A stretch of 64,000 nt of DNA from a virus. Location of the stretch: the IMG/VR virus record IMGVR_UViG_3300045988_179859. One strand, given 5' to 3'. Position numbers and translations under genes: made by a program. Numbering within the stretch: position 1 is the first letter of the stretch; each line of letters opens with the position of its first letter. This document shows, piece after piece, positions 54,601-61,242 of the stretch. The notes below the pieces were generated by a model. That model was not told the DNA's origin, made no database searches, and saw nothing but the letters and a program-made list of their open reading frames with translations.

Positions 54601-55485
54601 GATACGATTCAAGAGCCTGGTGTAGAATATACACTTCAAACCATTCCAACTATGTCTTCTGTGTTGGAATTTGACCCAGAAAAGAATCAGCCGAACTTTT
54701 ATGCGATGCTTGAGAAACGTTTGTCGCAAGCCCGTTTAGTTGAAGAAATGGAAAGTAAGTATCGTGGAGCATACGGTTATAGTCAGCATGATATTGATAT
54801 TATGGATGCTGATGAGTATGCGCGTGACATTATGGATGCAGTTAATGATGAGCTTTATGAAATTGAACAAGATTACTTAGCTCAACATGAATTAGATGAT
54901 GAAATGACGTCTTCTGGTAATGCATCTGTTATGTATGAAAATATTGCTCGTGAACGTGAAGCTTCGATTACGGTTAATGTTGATTACGAAAAAGCTGTGA
55001 CGAAAGCTGAAAAAGAATTGGTTCCAGATTATCGTGAAAAAATCTATGCTGGCGGAATGGTTAGTCGTGATATGTTGGTTAGTCAACACGGTAAAGGTTT
55101 GAGTGGCGGTACTGGTATGGATGCTGTTGTTATTGAAGCTGTACTCAAGACTAAATCACAATTCATGGGTGACACTAAATTCCGTTGGGATGATGATAAA
55201 CAAATCTTGTCAAATGTGGCTGGTGTTCGATTTGTAAGTTATGATCCATCGGTTAAAGAATACGAAAAGAGTGCTCAAGACCCTAATTCGAAAGTCTATA
55301 TGGAAGCAACTGATGGTCTTGCTCTTGAGGGATACCGCGTTGAACCGGAGTTTTACGAATATCTTGCAAAATTAGATTCTTGGGAGTCTATTGCGGGCGG
55401 TTCGTTCGATAAGACCGTTCGTGATATTTGTAATCGTCGTGAAAATACGATTGACACCGATGCTCCTGAAGACGAAGAATTCTAA
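51637..55485 (+). CDS. type IV coupling protein (VirD4/TraG family), 1282 aa
   Basis: 2 N-terminal TM; Walker A AITRAGKGQT (compare VirD4 APTRSGKGVG); YMLDELGNL box. Confidence 0.85.
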   Translation: MGKFKNPLKVKPQTGYQKMKSLPVDQYGKYRDRINSQQAARKIRNTQGYDSSKVFGLVGGIGTFISGLGATWVVSVMYRAINGMMNGKGSSALSSASMSLPWWAWPVNLLVGTMVGFIVYDKFKRKQSTDRILDEDGQLNDYTSDGHVMYKEEIVERFPVFPDRGAHSSVKPSAILSHAFLSNKGVPAVMMTKRYTADVIVPNEDDPEDFEIFYEGEEVLDSEGNPILEKKPMIDMDKGGEVFDKISIFEGNPQRVFDHAKELVFDSEGKARGDDQSAPYKSLIDMMNNDWEIPAYERQRPTGVYFVDTAPVNVMILAITRAGKGQTYIEALLDMWTREKRQWNIVNNDPKGELLVKFYVRATIRGYDIVQFNLINPMKTDIFNPLGYAVEAAREGRMEKVAEYLTNLSSVFFPKDGGEDPVWPQSASAAFERTCLALIDFYREEEMEMRRRAELDGRNVHLLDAEINNMWGKVTLYNVFKMFSSLVSKKETDPMKTWVKEEDKPPTVINDETGEEVLDPSVKPTEKVLLDLFFDATEALPKNRMRDLLDSSNKTLKSMMQSEKMLSSVYGIATASMRFFTDPTIIALTSGTASQNFDIESLSFPRRVAVRFTSEWMARYKYAGKLVRWSAWTDDTFTEELDPKLFGHSFNIGRDGWVHYAFDGKFEGRDGYIKMEIVNPDNNVPMKIFYFKARLDYLTRLDGKSFIKNPVTKEKILRNGTLTELRPVKDKEGRRKFVPRNTMIKKTVKDFRNYSEGGRNLRDKEIEVHAFSDLKLRYTDKPKFVNFITPPHLTAYARLILILIKQVTDSAFSSAYLTKANQKPLYGTNYMLDELGNLQSDGHGINDLETLLSIGLSADQRFHLILQTLQQLEAVYGGDKNKIISGNSNDLIFLKSNDVTMIDDLVAVAGKRHVERVNSLTVSENTQSRVQKTDGRISKTKTVLEEDVISRNEFLRLDKFGAIVMRAGDDPIYNYGASSLPPVFAMQNDTIQEPGVEYTLQTIPTMSSVLEFDPEKNQPNFYAMLEKRLSQARLVEEMESKYRGAYGYSQHDIDIMDADEYARDIMDAVNDELYEIEQDYLAQHELDDEMTSSGNASVMYENIAREREASITVNVDYEKAVTKAEKELVPDYREKIYAGGMVSRDMLVSQHGKGLSGGTGMDAVVIEAVLKTKSQFMGDTKFRWDDDKQILSNVAGVRFVSYDPSVKEYEKSAQDPNSKVYMEATDGLALEGYRVEPEFYEYLAKLDSWESIAGGSFDKTVRDICNRRENTIDTDAPEDEEF

Positions 55486-55521
55486 AAAGAAAAACTCTAG
55501 CGAAATGCTAGAGTTTTTTTA
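55486..55521. terminator. bidirectional terminator shared by convergent genes
   Basis: A7, then actctagc-N5-gctagagt, then T7. Confidence 0.65.
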
Positions 55522-57064
55522 TGTAGCGAAGACTTCCTGTGTCGTACACGCGATAGTAATTTCGACTGCGCATGATTTCAATTTCGCTTAAGTTGCTATC
55601 AAAACCTTCTCGCACGAGTTTCTTTTTCGTTGTCTCATAGCGAGTTTTGCAATCGAATGTGTTACGCTGAACCCATACGTAATTCGGTGGCGTTATTCCG
55701 TCTAGAATAAAACCAGAGCGTTCGTATATGTTGGACACTGTAAAGCGCTTATTGAGGTCCATGTATGTGACGAGCGTTTCACCGTTTGTTGTATAGTGTT
55801 TTGTGAAGTACATTAGTAGCTTATCAAAGGCACCGTGCACGATATAGTGTGGATTGACACAATATCGGTATAGTTCCCACGTATGAGATGTAAATCTCGA
55901 TTTTCCACAAGTGAGCACGGCTATCAACTCGTCACCATAATACATACCGAAACGGTGAAGTGCGCTTTGATCTGCACCTTGGAAATGATAACGATTCAGA
56001 AATTTTTGAGAGGTTTTCTTGTCAATTTCTTTAACGATGCACTTGCGAGCACCGATTTTGGGTTTGTTTTCGGTGAGTGTTTGGATTCGTGTTTCGAGCG
56101 CTTTTAGCTTTTGAGTGCTCTGTAAGTCAGAATCGTAAATGTGGACGAGTGCGATCTTGTCTTTTAGTGCTTGTTGAGATTTGGCTTGATGGTAGTTTTT
56201 ATCCGTGAAGCCCCTTTTTGGATCATCGATGGTATGCGTCGATATGGGATTTACTTCGATGCCGAGGTTGTGATCGGGAAGCCAAATATCGATTTCCTGC
56301 TTGTTGGTTAAGAGATCACGTCGATTTAGTTGGTACTTAATATTGTTATCTTGTAAGATTTTCAGTACCGTTGCAACTTGGTTGGATGTACTTGTGGGTT
56401 TTACGAGATGATTGAGCTCATACGTGTTGAAATACCAAGACACGGTCGCGGGCGCGATATGGAGGTACTGTGCGAGATTACTTTTCGACGGTACTTCTTG
56501 GTGTTCGTTTATGTAATCGCGAATAGCGTTTAGGTAGCGAAGTCTGGTGGATTTTGCTTTACCGTGTAACTTCTCAGCGTCGATAAAGGCTTGATCGAGT
56601 TCTGATAAGTCATCTGTGAATTGTTTTTGGTAATGATGTTTCACCATTAATCGCTTCAGATTTTCTATTCGGATGCCGTATTTGCTCGCGACAGTGACTT
56701 TTGCGATGCCTTTATCGAGGTCTGTCGCGATGCTCGGCCAAAGCTCATCGTGTTTTCTTTCAAAATGTTTATGGACGTTTTCGCCACGAGTCCATGTGAC
56801 GCCTTCTTTTGCGAGGATTCGTGAGATGGCGCCATGGCTAACTTGAAAGCGCTTCGCTATCTCGTTGATTGTATAGCCATCATGATAGAGGTTCTGTATG
56901 GCTTGTGGGTCGAGATTTAGTGGTTGTTTTTCGATACCTAAATCTTTCAAGTATCTCGATACAGTGGCTGTTGATAGCTTTGTTTCGCGAGCGATTTCTT
57001 TTAAGGTTTTCTTTTGCGCGCGTAGCTTGCGCAACTCGCTCGCGAGGTTCTCTGTAAGTGGCAT
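55508..57064 (-). CDS. Vsr/DUF559-like nuclease-fold protein with N-terminal tandem HTH modules
   Basis: QEIDIWLPDHNLGIEVNPISTH core; C-terminal domain paralogous to 49616-51481. Confidence 0.65.
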   Translation of the reverse strand: MPLTENLASELRKLRAQKKTLKEIARETKLSTATVSRYLKDLGIEKQPLNLDPQAIQNLYHDGYTINEIAKRFQVSHGAISRILAKEGVTWTRGENVHKHFERKHDELWPSIATDLDKGIAKVTVASKYGIRIENLKRLMVKHHYQKQFTDDLSELDQAFIDAEKLHGKAKSTRLRYLNAIRDYINEHQEVPSKSNLAQYLHIAPATVSWYFNTYELNHLVKPTSTSNQVATVLKILQDNNIKYQLNRRDLLTNKQEIDIWLPDHNLGIEVNPISTHTIDDPKRGFTDKNYHQAKSQQALKDKIALVHIYDSDLQSTQKLKALETRIQTLTENKPKIGARKCIVKEIDKKTSQKFLNRYHFQGADQSALHRFGMYYGDELIAVLTCGKSRFTSHTWELYRYCVNPHYIVHGAFDKLLMYFTKHYTTNGETLVTYMDLNKRFTVSNIYERSGFILDGITPPNYVWVQRNTFDCKTRYETTKKKLVREGFDSNLSEIEIMRSRNYYRVYDTGSLRYIKKL

Positions 57065-57170
57065 GTGATCGTCCTTTCTATATAGTTATTTTATCATAAA
57101 ATTCGTTCAAGTTCTATTATGGCACGAAACTTGTTCGTGCTTTTTTGGGTGTTGCGTTTGAGATGATTGT

Positions 57171-57180
57171 ATGGTATAAT
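57171..57180 (+). promoter_or_regulatory. extended -10 TGGTATAAT
   Basis: upstream of the adhesin gene. Confidence 0.45.
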
Positions 57181-57217
57181 TCTTTTATATTAGTCTTGAA
57201 AGGAATCTTTTAAAGTA

Positions 57218-59602
57218 ATGAAAAAAAATTTATTTAAAGTAACTACTTGTGCGATGCTCGCTACGACTGCATTCGGATTCGCTGCTCCTTTAGCGCAACC
57301 CTTGACTGTTTTCGCTGATGAGGTCGTTGCAAATGCTACGACTGTGAAATCTTATGCAGAACTCGTGAACAAGGCTCGTAAAGCGGGTATTCAAGTTACG
57401 GAACTGCCTGAAAAAGTCTTTACAAATAAAGCTGATTATGACAAGCATGTAAGTGAACAAATTAAAATTTTGGAAGATGCGATTGCGCGTCAAGGATCGG
57501 TTGATACTACGAATTCTAAAGCTAAAGAAGCATTAGAAAAATATAATGCGGAGTTAAAAGCTTATAATGAGCAAATGGACGCTCGTAAAAAAGCGATTGC
57601 TGAATATCCGACTAAGAAAAAAGATTATGAAGGTAAATCAGCAACATACGAGGCTGAGAAAAAAGCGTATGAAGCTAAATTAGCTGAATATAATAAGGCT
57701 TTAGATGAAGCTACTAAAAATGCTAAAAAAGATGGTTATTTGAGTCAACCTGAAAGTCAAGATTTGATTTTCAAACGTGAACCAAATGCTAAATTGTCTG
57801 TTTCAGGTAACACTATTTATTTGGATGCTGCTGATGCTGTAGGTGGTATGGGCGTTATTAATGCTTCAGCCGGACGCCATATTGCGGCTGGTCATCAACG
57901 CAATACGATTCAGTGGCAAACTGTAAATAACCCAGGTGCTGTTGGTGGTGGATCTGGTGAATCCGGTCAAACACAAGCAACGGTTCTAGGTTTAGAACAA
58001 GGTAAGACTACAACTGTTACTTATGATGGTCTTCAAAATTCAACGTTTAAAGGTCGTAAAATTTCTAAGGTTGTTTATGACTATACGCTTGAAAGCTCAC
58101 CTTCAAATGATAATACAGTGACAGCGGTTGTTTATCAAGACCCAACGATTACGATTTACTTTGGTACAAATCGTGATAAACAAGGTGTTGATACGAAGAT
58201 TCGTATGAAAGCCACATTCTATTATGAAGACGGTTCTAAAGTTAATTTAGCTGATGGTAGTGCTTTGTTTAGTTTTGCAAGTTTGAACTATACGAATCAA
58301 GGTTTTAATGAGCAAGAATATGTTGGTGTAACTGATTCAATTCAACCTATTCAAATTACAGGTTCATCTATTGTGTACAAAGATGGCAAACTTGGTGCTA
58401 CATCTTCTAATAACACGAAGAGCGAAGGATCTAAGTTTGAACGTGGTGAGTGGGATTCGACGGCTGATAATCCAAATTCTTACTATGGTGCGGGTGCCGC
58501 AAAAGCAACAGCTAAAGCGGCCGCTGGTTCTGTAGAATTTATTATTGGTAACCATCCAACAGCGAATCCTGCGCGTGGAACTCAACGTCAATGGTTCCAA
58601 TTTAATTCTGAAGTGCGTTCAAATACGTTACCGCCAAAACCGCAGGCTCCTGTTCCGTTTAATGGTGAAGTTCCACAAGATCCCTCTAAGACGCCAGAGC
58701 CTAAGAAACCAGAAGCACCAAAACCTGTTGATGGATCACCTTTGGCTGTTCAAGTAACACCGGGTCGTTTGCAAGAACCTGAAAAACCGGCTGATCCTGA
58801 AAAACCTGCTGAAAAAGTGATTACGAAACACATCGATATCACAACCGGAAAAGAAATTTCTAAACAAGAAGACGGTAAACAGCCTAAGAAAGATATTCCT
58901 GGTTATGAATTCGTTGAAACGAAAGACGAAGGTGGAAACACAATCCACTATTATAAGCCAGTCGAAAAACCTGCTGAAAAAGTGATTACGAAACATATCG
59001 ACATCACGACTGGAAAAGAAATCTCTAAACAAGAAGATGGTAAACAACCTAAGAAGGATATTCCAGGTTATGAATTCGTTGAAACGAAAGACGAAGGTGG
59101 AAACACAATCCACTATTATAAGCCAGTCGAAAAACCTGCTGAAAAAGTGATTACGAAACATATCGACATCACGACTGGAAAAGAAATCTCTAAACAAGAA
59201 GATGGTAAACAACCTAAGAAGGATATTCCAGGTTATGAATTCGTTGAAACGAAAGACGAAGGTGGAAACACAGTTCACTACTACAAACCTGTCGAAAAGC
59301 CTTCTGAGAAAGTAATTACGAAACACATCGATATCACAACCGGAAAAGAAATTTCTAAACAAGAAGATGGTAAACAACCTAAGAAAGATATTCCCGGTTA
59401 TGAATTCGTTGAAACGAAAGACGAAGGTGGAAATACGATCCACTATTATAAACCAGTCGAAAAGAAAGAAACACCTAAAGAATTGCCTAAGACTAGTGAG
59501 CAATCTAAACAACGTACAACTGCGGTTCTCGGATTGTTGTCAGTTGTAGGACTTGGTGGTTTAGTAACTTACTTTGACCTTCGTAAACGTGACGAAAACT
59601 AA
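57218..59602 (+). CDS. cell-surface adhesin-like protein with 4 tandem 62-aa repeats and an LPKTS-type sorting signal
   Basis: signal peptide; LPKTS, then hydrophobic stretch, then RKRDEN at the C terminus. Confidence 0.85.
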   Translation: MKKNLFKVTTCAMLATTAFGFAAPLAQPLTVFADEVVANATTVKSYAELVNKARKAGIQVTELPEKVFTNKADYDKHVSEQIKILEDAIARQGSVDTTNSKAKEALEKYNAELKAYNEQMDARKKAIAEYPTKKKDYEGKSATYEAEKKAYEAKLAEYNKALDEATKNAKKDGYLSQPESQDLIFKREPNAKLSVSGNTIYLDAADAVGGMGVINASAGRHIAAGHQRNTIQWQTVNNPGAVGGGSGESGQTQATVLGLEQGKTTTVTYDGLQNSTFKGRKISKVVYDYTLESSPSNDNTVTAVVYQDPTITIYFGTNRDKQGVDTKIRMKATFYYEDGSKVNLADGSALFSFASLNYTNQGFNEQEYVGVTDSIQPIQITGSSIVYKDGKLGATSSNNTKSEGSKFERGEWDSTADNPNSYYGAGAAKATAKAAAGSVEFIIGNHPTANPARGTQRQWFQFNSEVRSNTLPPKPQAPVPFNGEVPQDPSKTPEPKKPEAPKPVDGSPLAVQVTPGRLQEPEKPADPEKPAEKVITKHIDITTGKEISKQEDGKQPKKDIPGYEFVETKDEGGNTIHYYKPVEKPAEKVITKHIDITTGKEISKQEDGKQPKKDIPGYEFVETKDEGGNTIHYYKPVEKPAEKVITKHIDITTGKEISKQEDGKQPKKDIPGYEFVETKDEGGNTVHYYKPVEKPSEKVITKHIDITTGKEISKQEDGKQPKKDIPGYEFVETKDEGGNTIHYYKPVEKKETPKELPKTSEQSKQRTTAVLGLLSVVGLGGLVTYFDLRKRDEN
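58776..59475 (+). repeat. 4 tandem 186-bp repeats (copies 2 and 3 identical)
   Basis: PVEKPAEKVITKHIDITTGKEISKQEDGKQPKKDIPGYEFVETKDEGGNTIHYYK repeated four times. Confidence 0.85.
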
Positions 59603-59640
59603 AAAAAATAAAAGATACTCGTAAGAGTATCTTTTTTTTA
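59603..59640. terminator. bidirectional terminator aaagatactc-gtaa-gagtatcttt (copy of 3783-3816)
   Basis: A8, then stem, then T8. Confidence 0.7.
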
Positions 59641-59641
59641 A

Positions 59642-61096
59642 TTATTCGTGATCGAATGGCACGTCTGTGTTTTCGATAACGTCGGCTTGAGCTTTGCCCA
59701 TTGCGCGACCTGTGAGGGTTGCTTGGATGAGATCTTTGACATCGAGACCCATGCCGTTTGTGATTTGGTTCATTGACGTCATGATGTCGCCAACCATTTT
59801 TCCAGAATTGCCCTCACCGTACATCGTGATCTTATCAACGTTCGAAAGTGGAGCGGCAACGTTTTTAGCGATTTCAGGCAAGACGTTGACGAGCATTTCT
59901 GTGATAGCGGCTTCACCGTATTTCTTCATTGCTTCCGCTTTCTTGTCAAGACCTTCTGCTTCGGCATCGAGTTTCATGCGGATAGCTTCGGCTTCGGCTT
60001 TACCTTTAGCTTCGATCCCTTTTGCTTCTTCTTCAGCTTGACGACGATTTGCTTCAGCGCGACGTTCTTGAGCTTCAGCTTCTTTTTGAGTTTCGAAGAG
60101 TTCAGCTTCAGCTGCTTTTTGACGACGAATCAATTCAGCTTCGGCGTTACGTTCAGCTGCGTATTTTTGTGCATCAGCTTCCGCCTCAACGCTGGCGGCT
60201 AGAGCTTGACGTTTAACGGCAACTTCGCGTTCTTTGACTTTAGCTTCTTGTTCTTGACGGGCAATTTCTGCTTCAGCTGTTTCAATTTCGATTGATTTAC
60301 GTTGAATTTGTGCTTGAATGTTGTACGCGGCTTCGGCTTTAGCTCGTTCTGTGTCTGATTCAACTTTAAGAGCTGCTTGTCGTTTAGCTAATTCCGTGTT
60401 CTTTTCAGCGATTTCAAGTTCTGCTTTGACGCGAGCATCATTGGCGAGTTTATTTGAAACAGCTTGTTGTTCTTGAACTTCTTGGGTTGCTTTAGCTTTA
60501 GCGATAGCTGCATCTTTCTTGATAGTTTCGGTATTGTCTACACCGAGATTATCAATAACACCATTTGCATCAGAAAGTCCTTGGATGTTGAAGGCAACAA
60601 TTTCAAGACCCATTTCTTCAAGGTCTTTGGTTGCATTTGCTTGAACGTTTTCTGAGAATACAGCACGATTTGTGACGATATCTTCCAATTTCATTTGGCC
60701 GATGATAGCACGCAAGTGTCCTTCAAGAGTGTCGCGGACTTCATCTGCGATTTCAGATGTGTCTTTGTATAAGAAGTTACGAGTTGCTGCTTTAAAGAGT
60801 TCTTCTTTATCGATTCCGATACGAACTTTTACAGCCGCATCAACTTTGATGTTGATGTAGTTGTTTGTTGGTACGAAATCAGCAGTACGAACATCGACAG
60901 AGATCATTGAAGCTGTCATGACGTCTACGCGTTCAATTAATGGAATTTTCCATCCAGTTTTACCGTGAATCGTACGCTGACCCCACGGTCCAGATACGAC
61001 TTTGATTTGTCCGGGACTTGCTGATACAAATCCTGAAGCGATGATTGTTCCGATAATCAGAACGAGGATTCCGATTACGATCCATGTGATAGGCAT
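59642..61096 (-). CDS. flotillin/SPFH-domain protein (FloT/YuaG-like)
   Basis: N-terminal TM; SPFH core; Ala/Glu-rich coiled coil with EAEA repeats. Confidence 0.85.
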   Translation of the reverse strand: MPITWIVIGILVLIIGTIIASGFVSASPGQIKVVSGPWGQRTIHGKTGWKIPLIERVDVMTASMISVDVRTADFVPTNNYINIKVDAAVKVRIGIDKEELFKAATRNFLYKDTSEIADEVRDTLEGHLRAIIGQMKLEDIVTNRAVFSENVQANATKDLEEMGLEIVAFNIQGLSDANGVIDNLGVDNTETIKKDAAIAKAKATQEVQEQQAVSNKLANDARVKAELEIAEKNTELAKRQAALKVESDTERAKAEAAYNIQAQIQRKSIEIETAEAEIARQEQEAKVKEREVAVKRQALAASVEAEADAQKYAAERNAEAELIRRQKAAEAELFETQKEAEAQERRAEANRRQAEEEAKGIEAKGKAEAEAIRMKLDAEAEGLDKKAEAMKKYGEAAITEMLVNVLPEIAKNVAAPLSNVDKITMYGEGNSGKMVGDIMTSMNQITNGMGLDVKDLIQATLTGRAMGKAQADVIENTDVPFDHE

Positions 61097-61140
61097 AAGA
61101 ATATATTCCTTTCAAATAATAAATTTCTAATTAGTTTTTG

Positions 61141-61168
61141 TTCGTTGGCTAGGCCAACGAATTTTTTA
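61141..61168 (+). terminator. hairpin ttcgttggc-tag-gccaacgaa followed by T-run
   Basis: 9-bp perfect stem. Confidence 0.5.
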
Positions 61169-61190
61169 AGGCTTGTGTTTGTAATTTTAA

Positions 61191-61202
61191 TGTGATATAA
61201 TA
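61191..61202 (+). promoter_or_regulatory. element consensus extended -10 TGTGATATAATA
   Basis: 40 nt upstream of ATG 61243. Confidence 0.5.
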
Positions 61203-61242
61203 TGACTGTTAAGAAATTTTTAAGTAAAGGACTCAATATAAT

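Noticed and set aside
3805-55089. Numerous 60-120-aa ORFs nested antisense or out-of-frame inside the long genes (for example 4063-4308, 7022-7207, 22150-22386, 29221-29463, 34880-35377, 58736-59512)
   Set aside because: They are entirely contained within well-supported long ORFs with strong domain signatures on the other strand or frame. Their composition is biased and low-complexity. Several simply mirror tandem repeats on the other strand, for example 58736-59512.
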